Below are positions 1-12,075 of a DNA stretch of 56,884 nt, piece after piece (position 1 is the stretch's first letter; every line of letters begins with the position of its first letter). A program made the translations under genes and the position numbers. Below the pieces are notes generated by a model, which did not search any database, had not been told where the DNA came from, and saw only the letters and a list, made by a program, of their open reading frames with translations. The DNA comes from Octopus sinensis (lineage: Eukaryota), in contig NW_021833661.1 of the NCBI RefSeq assembly GCF_006345805.1, positions 1 to 56,884 on the forward strand. The letters are read 5' to 3'.

Positions 1-353
1 TACGTGCAGATTTGTATGTTTTGTTTTATGCACGTATTCTTATGCATATAGTTGCATATCTAGACATGCTCATATATATTTAAATGATAAACATCTGGAA
101 AGTTTTACAGATTTTAATAGTTCCAGTAATGGATTGCATCTGTAGTCTTCGAATTAGATTTCTCCTTTCTAGTTTTGAGAAGCCTAATTTCTCAAGATTG
201 GTATTTAGGTAGTGTGCTACATATCCCAGTACCTCAATAATTACAGGTATAAACCTGAACTTGTAATCTGGATAGAGTAACTGCAGATTTCTCAATAGTT
301 CAGCCTAGGTGTTCTCTTTTTCATTGATCTTCAGCTTTCCACAACTGTGCACA
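1..353 (-). mobile_element. R4/Dong-like (RLE-type) non-LTR retrotransposon, 3' fragment, copy 1
   Basis: ORF 80-295 (LRNLQLLYPDYKFRFIPVII...ITGTIKICKTFQ) and downstream UTR match 11660-11965; internal deletion near 340; runs off the window start. Confidence 0.85.
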
Positions 354-369
354 TATATTTTATCTTTTT

Positions 370-490
370 TTTAAATTTGTTTCAGTCATTTGACTGCTGC
401 CATGTTGGGGCACAGCTTTTAAGAATTTGTCCTTTAAGGAATCCACCCCAGTACTTTTTGTTTTATTTTTGAAGCCTGGTATTTATTTTA
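370..490 (-). mobile_element. SINE family B, 3' fragment
   Basis: ttgtttcagtcatttgactgc.gccatg matches the reverse complement of the 3' end of full copies (e.g. 5295-5330). Confidence 0.65.
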
Positions 491-629
491 TTTATTTAAA
501 CAATCACACACGCATACACACACTTATGTATGTCACAGTTCAGTTTTATTTCAAGATTTCTTGTCATTTGGTAGCAACTCCTAATTAGAAGGCGAGGCGA
601 AATGATTGCAGGAAATTTACGAGATAATA

Positions 630-670
630 CTATACTGACGAATCTGGCTGAGCGAAACCTGTGTCCATAG
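630..670 (+). ncRNA. Degenerate minimal type I hammerhead-ribozyme-like motif
   Basis: CTGACGA (635-641) ... GAAA (654-657) C-ctgt-GTC; stem I ctata/catag 4 of 5 pairs; stem II poorly paired. Confidence 0.4.
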
Positions 671-904
671 CTATCCCTTGATAGCGACAAAGAAAAGCTT
701 ATCTTTCTTTTATATATAATTTCTAAAGTTGTAACTTGGGTACATTATCTTTAACGTGATACCAACATTTCTTGTTTCAAATTGAAATTAAAGTGAATTT
801 TTATCTATTTCAGCACCTTACGATAAGCGAAATGCTAATATATGAGAATTTAAATTTGCAAAATACGACATAATGTAGTATTTTTCTTTTTCCATTTCTA
901 TTAT

Positions 905-918
905 AAGATTGTGTGTGC

Positions 919-964
<46 letters not shown>

Positions 965-1100
965 AGGAAAGAAAGAGTCTTTGTGTTTACAAACCCCAAA
1001 GTGGGCTTCAAGCACAAACTTAAGCACATACGGGTGCACATATATGCATACATACATAAATACACACACACACACCCCACACATATATATGTATGTATAT

Positions 1101-1188
<88 letters not shown>

Positions 1189-1190
1189 TG
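905..1190. repeat. Compound (GT)n(GA)n and (TA)n microsatellites
   Basis: Directly visible; explains overlapping YI/VC/HT ORFs. Confidence 0.95.
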
Positions 1191-1272
1191 CATTTTGTGT
1201 GGATAAAATTTTAGAGAAGTGACTCAGTTAATTCGACATTGTGTTCCTGCATATAATATCCACTCACTCTGT

Positions 1273-1306
<34 letters not shown>

Positions 1307-1410
1307 AAACACTCACACATATATGCACAGACACACAGTTATTGTTAAATGACTCAACACTTTTAGTGTCAATTTTGTTACCCATACGCGCAATATGCAC
1401 GCGTTCACGT

Positions 1411-1448
<38 letters not shown>

Positions 1449-1689
1449 ATACACAAACAATTATATACATAACATTTAAAGGGAAACTGACTCAATATTC
1501 TTAGAGTTGTGTTTGTTAAGCACACACACACTCGCACACACACATGCACGCACATACACTCAGAGACACAATAAATGTATGGAGGTGGGGAAGTATTGTA
1601 GAGTGCTAAGTGTGGTGTGTGTGGATGGGAGGGTGGGAGGCTGACACCATTACACAGTTACACAAGGGTTAGTGCAATACTTACACCAC

Positions 1690-1965
1690 ACACACGGACA
1701 TGGACACACACACACACATACACATACACACGGATACGGACACATACACACGGTCACAGATACACACAAACGGACACGGACACACACGGACACGGACACA
1801 CACTCACAGGGACACGGACACGGACACGGACACACACACGGACACGGACACAGATACACATGGACACGGACACACACACACACTGTCACGGACACACACA
1901 CGGACACGGACGCGGACACACACACACGGTCATGGACACACACACACACAGACACGGACACGCCT
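1690..1965. repeat. Degenerate (GGACAC)n/(CA)n tandem repeat
   Basis: Repeated cacgga/ggacac hexamers; source of His/Thr/Gly-rich ORFs. Confidence 0.9.
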
Positions 1966-2104
1966 ATACATACGGAAACACGGATACGGACAGACGAAAA
2001 TCATGGAAACATCCTTTACATGGTGTCTAGCTCTTCCCCAAAATGCGGCCAAACATCCCTCAAGCCACAACCTACAGTCTAAAAGAAAACAAAGAAAAGA
2101 AAAC

Positions 2105-2235
2105 ACTGCACTGTGGCACTGCTGGAGCACTGCCCTGAAGGGCTTTTGTCGAGCAAATCGACCTCAGTATATATTTTTTGAGCCTGATACTTATTCTATC
2201 GGATATCGATTGCCGAATCGCTAAACTATGACAGT
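2105..2235 (-). mobile_element. SINE family B, diverged 3' fragment
   Basis: gctggagcactgcc ... gtcgagcaaatcgacc ... tacttattctatcgg ... tgccgaa motifs shared with 32940-33050. Confidence 0.65.
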
Positions 2236-2307
2236 TTGACGAGACATACACACACATATATTCTATATGTGTGGCGTGTGTGAGTGTACATACAAACGTA
2301 TATAATA

Positions 2308-2350
<43 letters not shown>

Positions 2351-2359
2351 TAGTATATA

Positions 2360-2560
2360 TAACGAAGTTTACAAAAATAAACAAAAGACGAAGGCAGGTG
2401 GAGTACAAACAAACAAATGTATTAGTATAGCGCTCAGAATAGTAATAGAAAAAGTTTTTTATTACGTTCGAGCCTACGCTCTTCGACAGAAGATGGACAC
2501 ATAAAAAAAACAGGGAGAGAACCAAGGAGAGAAAAAATGCGTGTAGGAGCTAACGATCTA
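2360..2560. mobile_element. Penelope-like short repeat (pLTR-type) between (TA)n tracts, copy 1
   Basis: Matches 16861-17009 (same strand) and 30942-31110 (opposite strand); hammerhead-like motif on minus strand at 2461-2494 with GAAA reduced to GAA. Confidence 0.65.
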
Positions 2561-2565
2561 TCATG

Positions 2566-2597
<32 letters not shown>

Positions 2598-2834
2598 TAT
2601 ATATATATTATATATATATATATATATATGCGTAGTCTCCTAATAAGTATTCGGACTGTTTGCTATAGTAACGAAGCTAAAGCACGCAGAGTGAAGCTAC
2701 TTGGCACGCATTGACCTTGAACTCTTCTGTGCATGCGCACTAGGTTTTAACGTTCTAGCTCACGCTGTTTACAGCAGTGCTTGGAAGGAAGGAAGGAAGG
2801 AAGGAAGGAAGGAAAGTGTTTAGCATGTGATCAG

Positions 2835-2985
2835 ACCTCGTATATCACGGACTTCCATAATCTCCATCACCGGGCACTGGTCGGCCCAGGGCTCTAGCCA
2901 CCTGCACAAGGGGCCGTACAGTAGGGCAGAACCTCAAAGCACGTGGCTGCAGAGCGAGTTTCTTAACTACACAACCTGCACCAAC
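2835..2985 (-). mobile_element. SINE family B-related 5' part, diverged
   Basis: ggtcggcccaggg ... acgtggctgcagagcgagtttcttaactacacaacc resembles the reverse complement of the B head. Confidence 0.55.
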
Positions 2986-3010
2986 ATCGGATAATGTGAT
3001 CCTTGAAAAG

Positions 3011-3170
3011 GATTTCCAATTTTGGCGTAAGGTCAGTAATTTAGAGGGGAGCGGTTAGTCGATGATATCGACCCCAGTTGTTGACTGGTACTTCATTTTA
3101 TTGACCGTGTGGCGATGAAAGACAAAGATGACCTCAGCGGGATTTGAACTCAGAATGTTAAAAGTCGAAA
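3011..3170 (-). mobile_element. SINE family A (A2 tail), diverged
   Basis: gtcgat..tcgaccccag..actggtact ... gacctcagcgggatttgaactcagaa is the reverse complement of the A core and B-box. Confidence 0.7.
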
Positions 3171-3337
3171 GATATTATTGGTAGAATAACCCTTAAGAAT
3201 TTCTTTCGATGCTCAAATGATTCTCCGTGTAGATGGCCCCGCGTCGACTCGTTGCAGTGAAGGATATTGTTGTTGTTGTTGTTGTTGTTGGTGGCGGTGG
3301 TGGTGATGATGACGTCGGTGTAGTATAAGGGTAGTAT

Positions 3338-3572
3338 GGCAGCGAGCTGGCAGAATCGTTAGCACGCCGGGCGAAATGCTTAGCAGTATTTCGTCTGCCG
3401 CTACGTTCTGAGTTCAAATTCCGCCGAGGTCGACTTTGCCCTTCATCCTTTCGGGGTCGATTAAATAAAGTACCAGTTACGCACTGGGGTCGATGTAATC
3501 GACTTAATCCCTTTGTCTGTCCTTGTTTGTCCTCTCTGTGTTTAGCCCCTTGTAGGTAGTAACGAAATAGGT
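3338..3572 (+). mobile_element. SINE family A (A1 tail), full length, tRNA-like head
   Basis: Head ggcagcgagctggcagaatcgttagc (A-box-like), gagttcaaattcc (B-box-like), core gtcgactttgcc.ttcatcctttcggggtcgat; near-identical to 38097-38327. Confidence 0.9.
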
Positions 3573-3900
3573 AGTGTTGTTGTGTTGTTGTTGTTGTTGT
3601 TGTTGGTTGGTGGTGGTGGTGGTGGTGGTGGTGTGGTGCTGATGACGTCGGGGTATTATAAGGGTAGTTTCTTCGACAAAATGTTTGGGAACGACTACCG
3701 TAGAGGCTTCGTCGCAGACTTGTATGAGGCGGCGGTGGTGGAAAGCTAATGATGGAGACATTTAGGAACGTGGCGGCGGTGTGTGTGTGGTTGGATAGTT
3801 GACATCAAAGGAACATTGCCGGCCACCATGTTGGAATCTAGAAAATGTAGTGGGAAGTCTGGGGGGGGGTGAGCTTCATAGCAGCGAACTGTCGGCACGT

Positions 3901-4152
3901 AAATGTAGTAGTAGTAGTAGTAGTAGTAAAGCAGCAGCAGCAGCAGCATCAGTGTAGTAGTATAGTGTAGTAGTAGCAGCAGCAGCAGCAGTAGTAGTAG
4001 TAGTTGTAGTAGTAGTAGTAGTATCAGCAGCAGCGCATCAGTAGTTAGTAGTAGTAGTAGTAGTAGCAGCAGCAAGCAGCACAGTAGCAGTAGTAGTAGT
4101 AGTAGTAGTCAGCAGCAGCAGCAGCAGTATTAGTAGTAGTAGTAGTAGTAGT

Positions 4153-4184
<32 letters not shown>

Positions 4185-4445
4185 TAGTAGTAGTACAGCA
4201 CAGCAGCAGCAGCAGCAGCAGGAGTAGTGTAGTAGTAGTGTAGTAGTAGTAGTAGCAGTCATCAGCAGCAGCAGCAGCAGCATAGTAGTAGTAGTAGTAG
4301 TAAGTAGTAGCAGCGCACAGCAAAAGCAGCAGCAGCAGCAGCACAGCACAGCAGTAGTAGTAGTAGTAGTAGTAGTAGTATGACGATGAGGAGGAGGAGG
4401 AGGAGAAAGAAGGAGGTGGTGGTAGTGCTGCTGCTGCTGCTGGTG
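3901..4445. repeat. (TAG)n/(CAG)n trinucleotide tract
   Basis: Directly visible; lies just before a family D 3' end at 4478. Confidence 0.95.
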
Positions 4446-4569
4446 ACATGTTGCTTTTGATGCAAACTGGATTCACATTGTTTAGCCCTAGGTCAACCTT
4501 TCATCAACCATTCCTACGATAAAAAGCATTCCAGCTGTGACCATCCAACCATCCGTTATTCAATGTCTA

Positions 4570-4712
4570 TCGAAATCCACTCACAAGGCTTTGGTCGGCC
4601 CGAAGCTATAGTAGAAGACACTTGTCCAAGGTGCCACACAGTGGGACTGAACCCTGAACCATGTGGTTGCTAAAAGCAAGCTACTTACCACACAGCCACT
4701 CCTGCGCCTATT
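4570..4712 (-). mobile_element. SINE family B, 5' part
   Basis: aaatccactcacaaggctttggtcggccc ... taccacacagccactcctgcgcc is the reverse complement of the B head. Confidence 0.8.
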
Positions 4713-4887
4713 GAAATTATAAGAACCATGGCTCCCAGTATTCTGGCAATGACGGGGGTAAATGTGTGGAAAGTATTTCTTCAAAAATAATAATACAAAC
4801 ATTAAAAGAGTCCAAAAGAAGTGCAGTATTTAGCAGAGCCACTTTCGCCATTTCAAGCTCTACTCACACAAAAAAAAAACATACTGA

Positions 4888-5058
4888 TGCTGTGGCTGTG
4901 AGGTAAGTAGTTTGCTTACCAACACATGGTTCCGGGTTCAGTCCCTCTGCGTGGCACCTTGGGTAAGTGTCATCTACTATAGCCTCGAGCCGACCAAAGC
5001 CTTGTGAGTGGATTTGGTAGACGGAAACTGAAAGAAGCCCGTCGTATATATGTGTATG

Positions 5059-5123
<65 letters not shown>

Positions 5124-5343
5124 GTTTGTGTGCCTGATTGCCCCCCCCCCCCAACATCGCTTGACAACCGATGCTGGTGTGCTTACGTCCACGTAACTTA
5201 GCGGTTCGGCAAAAGTGACCGATAGAATAAGTATTAGGCTGGCTTACAAAAAATAAGTCCTGGGGTCGATTTCCTCGACTAAAGGCGGTGCTCCAGCATG
5301 GCCGCAGTCAAATGACTGAAACAAGTAAAAGAGAGTAAAGAGT
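4888..5343 (+). mobile_element. SINE family B, full length, with central (TA)n(TG)n
   Basis: Head gtggctgtg.ggtaagtag ... ggttccgggttcagtccc, CORE-like gcaccttgggtaagtgtc, tail gactgaaacaagtaaaagag; matches 20516-20916 and 49411-49805. Confidence 0.9.
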
Positions 5344-6461
5344 ATGTAGTTATTGGTGGAGATGGTGGGATGGGGTGAGGCCTAGAACAACAAAAACAAA
5401 ACGTTGGCTCATATATCACTTCTTAGCCCGATCTTCCCTGACTGACTTCAGAATAGTTCACACTATCAACACGACACATGCGGTAACCACTGAGATCAAC
5501 TTCCGAATCTTCGAGCGACCTCGGTGGCCAAACAAACAGAGGAAATTGGTTCAGCGCGGTTGTTTGATGTGGTATAGGGATATTGGGGGGGGGGAGGAAT
5601 AGGTGGCAGCACGGGGCAAAAGATATGCTGGAAGGAGCCTTCGAATCTTTTAGAATATGGTGTGAAGTTTATACTCAAAGTGAAGTAGCATTGTTATGAA
5701 AAGAGAAGTGGAGTGGCTAATAATCTCCATAGTACTTCAAACTTTGTCTGGTCTCGTGATGTTTAATTCCTTCGTGTTGGCTTATATTTCTGTTAAGTGG
5801 GGCCACTACAGTGTTTCTGTTCTTATTCTACTTTTTTTATTTTATTTTTATTACTCTAACACTTAAAGTCACGCCAAACGTGGAATTCTTTTCTCGCTTT
5901 TATCAGTTCTAAATTGTTTATAAATAACTTAGCAAAACGTGGAAAGAGGGTCGAAAGGACAGGAAATAAAGAAACAGCAGATATAAACCCAAGCGCCAAT
6001 AATAGACCTTCTATAAGTGGAGAAATCTACTCAATATGGTAACCTAAATCTCCTCTTTACCCACCCAACAAAAACCCTCTTTCGTCTTTACATGGGTCAA
6101 TATAAGAGCCTTCACAACGGGGTTCTTCATATTTTAGGGTGCTTCTGAGTGTACTTGGATCTGTGAGTAAATGATTAAGTAACAATGTGGATAAGTTAAG
6201 ATTTTCGGAAAAAGAAATCAGCGAATTCACACATCGCAAATACAATCTGTAAGCGGAACAGTAAAACTCTGCAAGACTTTTCTCAAGTTTATACTGTAAC
6301 AATGTCTTTGTTATCTACATTCTAACGATGGAATTTTATATCTTTGTTAGAAACCAGTTGCTTCCTCGGAGGATGAATATAAAAGATTAAAAACAGAAAA
6401 GAGCACACATACCCACATACATATATACATACATACATGCATATACATACGTACATATACA

Positions 6462-6551
<90 letters not shown>

Positions 6552-6914
6552 CGTGTGTGCATATATGCATCAATGTATGCAAGTATGAATGGATGTATAT
6601 GTATTTATGTGCAGGAATATGTCCGACGATTCTTTCCATTAATATATGGAGTTATGCATACTTAAATAAATACACACATGCACACACACGTAAATACATA
6701 CATACATACACACACGCATATACATTTGTGTGTGTGTATACATACGCTTACCCACTTTGCAAAGCATCAAGCTTGTTGTTGATACATTTCCGTCTTATTG
6801 AAACGCAGGCGTCTTTTATAAATAAACAGCCGTGTTGATAGCTTCATTATGCCCAGTTTATCATAAATAATATTATATAAATAATCTAGAGTGATGGCGA
6901 TGGTTTGGCGGTAA

Positions 6915-7133
6915 GGCGGCGAGCTGGCAGAAGCGTTAGCACGCCGGGCGAAATGTCTGCCGTTACGTTGTGAGTTCAAATTCTGCCGAGGTCGACTTTG
7001 CCTTTCATCCTTTCGGAGTCGATAAATTAAGCACCAGTTACGCACTGGAGTCGATGTAATCGACTTAATACTTATGTCTATCCTTGTTTGTCCCCTCTGT
7101 GTCTAGCCCCTTGTGGGTAATAAAGAAATAGGT
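6915..7133 (+). mobile_element. SINE family A1 with small internal deletion
   Basis: Same head, core and tail as 3338-3572. Confidence 0.9.
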
Positions 7134-7329
7134 AGTACCGTGGTACATCTATGACTGATGGGTGGAGTGGCCGATGTTTCGAGCCCAGCCGTCACCGATA
7201 ATTGGGTAATGATGGATGATAATTCACCCAACATTTTCCTTTTTGTTTTTCGTTCCAAAGAAAAATGTTTCTTCTTTCGTTTCTTTTTCTTTCTCTTCTC
7301 GTCTTATTTCTTTGTCCCCGCTGGCATGG

Positions 7330-7570
7330 CTGTGTGTGTGTGTGTGTCTGTTTGCTTGTGTGTCTGCGTCTGTGTTTGTCCCCCCACAACCGGTGTTGGT
7401 TTGTTTGTGACCCCGTGACTTAGCGGTTCGGTAGGAGAGAGCTGATAGAATAAGTATCTAACGATAACAAAAAAATAAATACGGGAGTCGATTCATTCTA
7501 CTGAAACCCTTCAAGTCCGTGCTCCAGCATGGCCCCAGTCCAATGACTGAACCAAGTAAAAGGTAAAAGA
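7330..7570 (+). mobile_element. SINE family B, 3' half
   Basis: cttagcggttcgg ... gatagaataagta ... gctccagcatggcc ... aatgactgaa.caagtaaaag. Confidence 0.75.
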
Positions 7571-7692
7571 CTCTTTCCCTTATTTCCTTTATTTATTTAC
7601 TTTCCTCTGTTCTGTTATTTTCTACTTTCACTTTCACTTTGCTCTTTTGGGAGTACGGCGTCTACGTGGTTGCTCAATCTGCTAGAAATAGC

Positions 7693-7950
7693 GGATCTCT
7701 TCATTTTGACGGCCAGATTTTTAATTAATTTTTTTTAAACTAAACACTTTGAAACTTCTGGTACTGGTAGAATGTGTCACATAGAACAAGGTTCACTCTT
7801 AACGTTTTTGACAAAATTTTGTATTTTAGAAGTTATTTCGTGTTAAAGTTGTCGCGTTTGGGTAATTTTAACCACTCATTGACGTGTATTCAGCTGAAGA
7901 AAATTACTGCTGCTGTTTGCGAACATCAACTTCCGGGTCCACTCCCCTAA
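7693..7950. mobile_element. One-ended diverged relative of the 12520-12772 MITE
   Basis: ggatctcttcattttgacggccagatttt ... aactaaacactttgaaactt..tactggtagaatgtgtca matches the 12520 arm for about 95 bp, then diverges; right boundary uncertain. Confidence 0.6.
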
Positions 7951-7966
7951 CAAAACCCTTCTTTAA

Positions 7967-8186
7967 CCCTTTAGCATTCAGATTATTCTGCCAAACGTAA
8001 TGCTTATTTATTCACATTGTTTTGAATTGTTCATGAATTATCCCATAGCTTTGAGATTTCGATCAGGTGGTTGTTTATTTTAAAAATAGCATTGTAGGGT
8101 AGGTGTGAGAGGTCAGAACTGTCTGATCTGACGACAAATCAGGTAGAATATTTTAGCCAGATATGGCCGGTTTAAATAAAAAAGGG
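7967..8186. mobile_element. piggyBac-like MITE, copy 1
   Basis: TTAA at 7963-7966 and 8187-8190; termini CCCTTT...AAAGGG; body homologous to 54224-54439. Confidence 0.75.
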
Positions 8187-8224
8187 TTAATAACCAGAGA
8201 TGTTTTTTATAGCAACATAGGTTT

Positions 8225-8620
8225 GCTAGCAGCTGAAAACTCTAACAAATCACACCCTACTGTCTTTAAAATCCTTTCTACTAAAGGCACAAGGCCTGAA
8301 ATTTGGGGGAGGGGACTAGTCGATTACATCGACGCCAGTGTTTCACTGGTAGTTAATTTATCGATCCCGAAAGGATGAAAGGTAAAGTCGGCCTCGGCGG
8401 AATTTGAACTCAGAACGTAGCGACGGACGAAATACCGCTAAGTATTTTGTCCAGCGCGCTAACGATTCTGCCAGTTGATAACAAGGACACATTGGATGAT
8501 GGAGTAAGGAGTACACTATATCAAGAAGAAAAAAAATTATAAAACGGCACAGTCACGGCTGGAGAGCCTCTCATCATAATTCTGCTCAATCGGGACCGAA
8601 CTAGAGGTAAACAACATTAC
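8225..8620 (+). mobile_element. Family D retroposon-like repeat split by a SINE A2 insertion
   Basis: caaatcacaccctactgtctttaaa (8247-8270) and aggacacattggat (8484-8497) are contiguous in the copy at 17853-17890; ends ...ggtaaacaac followed by CAA/CTA/CAC tracts. Confidence 0.65.
8271..8477 (-). mobile_element. SINE family A2
   Basis: Reverse complement of A head and core with the alternative tail (atttcaggccttgtgcctttagtagaaagg). Confidence 0.85.
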
Positions 8621-9299
8621 AACCAACAACATAAACAACACTATATAACTGTTGCAGCAACTGTAGTCACAACAAAAAGAACATGATGAATATCAGCGAC
8701 GACGACAACAACAACAACAACAACAACAACAGCAGCAGTAGCAACAACAACAATTACCGCTATTAGTCTGACCTACAAAAAAAATAACACCACCACAACA
8801 ATACAGAAATCTATTTCACTCTTTCATCACCGACATTCCATCGTGGCCCCCCGACACCAGCAAAATACCTCCGCCGCCACCGCCACCACCAACAACAACT
8901 ACAACAACAACAACTACTACTACTACTACTACTGCTGCTACTACTACTGGTCTGACTGCGCCAACGTTACCAATAACAAGCTAAATACCATCACCAAATA
9001 AACCCACTCCGCAACCACTACTACAACCACCACCGCCAACAGCCGCAGCCATCCACCACCCTCATACCAAAACTCCGCTGCAAACACTACCATCACTAGC
9101 ATCCGTCGCTAGCATCTCCATCCACACCGCCATAAGAATCACCACCACCACCAACAACAACAACAACAACAGCGACCTTATCTTTGAATCAAGAAGCAGA
9201 ACGGCTCTAGTAAGACTATAACCACCACCCGGTTTATCATCAGCACCCTCACCACCATCAGCCGCTGCTACTACCACCACCACCACCACCACCATCACC

Positions 9300-9333
<34 letters not shown>

Positions 9334-9937
9334 TCATTATACGGTCCCCTCCTCTTCTATCGACACAGACTCCACCAAAGAATACATTAACTGTATACAT
9401 TTATCATAGCCGGCTCAGTCTCTGTGTCACAGCCATCGTCAGTTCCTGCCCCTGGGAAAGTGGAGACGCCAGTGGGGAAGTGGACAGGAGGGGAGGATAT
9501 GTGGAATACTTTCAATAAATCGTAGTTTAATATTCAGCCAAACATTACACACACACACACACACACACGTTCTCTCTCGTTTTTCCTCTCTCTTTCCCTC
9601 TGTCTTTCTCTCTCGTTCACATAAACATACACACAAATTCTCAATTGCAAACATATGCCTGTGTTTGTGGGTGGACATGTGTTGATAAAAGCACATGGAT
9701 TCATAAGAATATATACATGTGTTTATGATTGCATGTATGTGAACATACACACCCGCACACACACATACATGCATATATATATATATATATACCTACATTT
9801 CTGTATACACATATGTGTGTGTTTGTCCGCCTGCATGTGTGCATGTGTGCGTGTTTGTGTATGTGTAAACAAGTCTGTACGCTTCTGGGTTCTATGTATA
9901 TATGTATGTGTGTGTTTGCGTGTACATGTGTAAATAT

Positions 9938-9944
<7 letters not shown>

Positions 9945-9992
<48 letters not shown>

Positions 9993-10855
9993 CACACACG
10001 TATGTGCACATGTACACATAAGCATACAAACACGCAAACAGTCATACTTACACACATTTGTACACATGCATACAATCATACGTATATACATGCATGCTCA
10101 CACATATATACGTACGTACCTACACACAGATATGCATATACACATATACACACACACATACACACATGCAAGCACACACATTCATACATACATTCATTTA
10201 CATAAACATAAACACACATACATACACACACATACATGCACACACATACATACATACATATATACATACATACATTCATAAATACATACATACATATATA
10301 CATACATACATACATACGTACATACGTACATACGTACATACATACATACATACATACATACATACACACATACATACATACATACATACACACATACATA
10401 CATACATTCATAAATACATACATACATACATACATACATACATACATACGTACGTACATACATACATACATACATACATACATACATACATACATACATA
10501 CATGCATACATACATACATACATACATACATACATACATACATACATACATACACACATACATACATACATACATACACACATACATACATACATTCATA
10601 AATACATACATACATAATACATACATACATACATACATACATTACATACATACATACATACATACTACATACATACATACATACGTACATACATACATAC
10701 ATACTACATACATACATACATACATACATACGTACATACATACATACAGACATACATACATACATACATACATACATACATACAACATACATACATACAT
10801 ACATACATACATACATACATACATACATACATACATACATACACACATACACACA
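9945..10855. repeat. (CA)n/(TA)n grading into about 620 bp of (TACA)n
   Basis: Directly visible; source of the 301-aa HTYI and 258-aa MYVC ORFs. Confidence 0.95.
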
Positions 10856-11249
10856 TGTAATATACTGAAAATAGATCCGCTAAAATGTTTTGATATTTAT
10901 GTCCATCGGCCCACATATTCTTTCCACACTTTTTCTCCCACCCCCAAACCGTTACCATGGTAGCAAATACAGCCCACCATCTTTGTTTGTGTTCTTAGGA
11001 ATAAAAAATAAGACTGGAAAATAAGAATAAAAACAAAAACTTTGTTTCTTTTTTATCAAATGGTGGAATAAATGTGTTAAATATTTGTTAAGGTTATTTT
11101 TGCGTTACACAGTGTTCGTTTCTAGCCTACGCCCAGGCCGAAATCATAACATAGATGCATGCATACATACATACATACATACATACATACATACATACAT
11201 ACATACATACATACATACATACATACATTCATACATACATACATACATA

Positions 11250-12075
11250 CACAAAAAGGGATAGAGATGCAGGAAAAGCAGTAAAATGTGACAACCGATG
11301 CAGACTTTGTGGAGTTCACTTTGAAGATATCACCCTCATCATAAGCAGTTGTCCGAAAATGTCATCACGGTATTATCTACCGATGAGACATGATGTTGTA
11401 GCTAGGACATTCTATAATGAAATACGTCGAAAGCATAATCCTGACGACAAAGAAATAAGAACCCACAATATGGTAGAAGCCATAGCCACTCATAATAAAA
11501 AGGAATACTGGTGGAATGTTCTAGTGAAGACCTCAATAAAATGTAAGCACAACAGACCTGATATAATGATTTGGGATAGAGAAGAAAAACTGTGCACATT
11601 TGTGGTAATTAACCGCCCAGTGGATGTTAACATAAAGCTGAGGATCTGTAAAAAAGAGAACACCTATGCTGAACTATTGAGAAATCTGCAGTTACTCTAT
11701 CCAGATTACAAGTTCAGCTTTATACCTGTCATTATTGGGGCACTGAGATATGTAACATACTTTCTAAATACCAATCTTGAAAAATTAGGTTTCTCAAAAC
11801 CAGAAAGGAGAAAACTAATTCGAAGACTACAGATCCAATCCATCACTGGAACTGTAAAATTTCTATAGAACTTTCCAGAAGTTTATCATTTAAATATATA
11901 TGAGAATGTCTAGATATGCAACTATTTGCATGAGAATGCATTCATAAAACATACAAATTTGCACATACATAGATACATACATTCGTACATATATAAAACT
12001 TACATACATACACACATACAAAAATACCCTGTTGTTGATGTTGAAATTCCAATAAAGAAGCCTTGGATCTAGGTT
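11250..12075 (+). mobile_element. R4/Dong-like non-LTR retrotransposon, 5'-truncated, copy 2
   Basis: CRLCG..EDIT.IISSC zinc knuckle, MRHD.V, RPDI..WD restriction-like endonuclease region; knuckle His replaced by L and nuclease Glu by V; 5' end abuts (TACA)n 11158-11250; 3' limit beyond 11965 is from recalled family sequence. Confidence 0.85.

Noticed and set aside
1617-2224. His/Gly/Thr-rich ORFs resembling histidine-rich beak or metal-binding proteins
   Set aside because: Open in all three frames and the reverse strand because of the GGACAC/CA repeat; no splice or codon evidence.
2628-2780. Possible mariner terminus after (TA)n
   Set aside because: No matching second terminus in the window.
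10058-10963. 301-aa ORF and all other HTYI, MYVC, YLSI, poly-V/T/L/Y ORFs
   Set aside because: Translations of tetra-, tri- and dinucleotide microsatellites that lack stops in some frames.
11155-11868. Functional nuclease gene (237-aa ORF)
   Set aside because: N-terminus is microsatellite; the rest is a truncated retrotransposon tail with knuckle and catalytic residues mutated.
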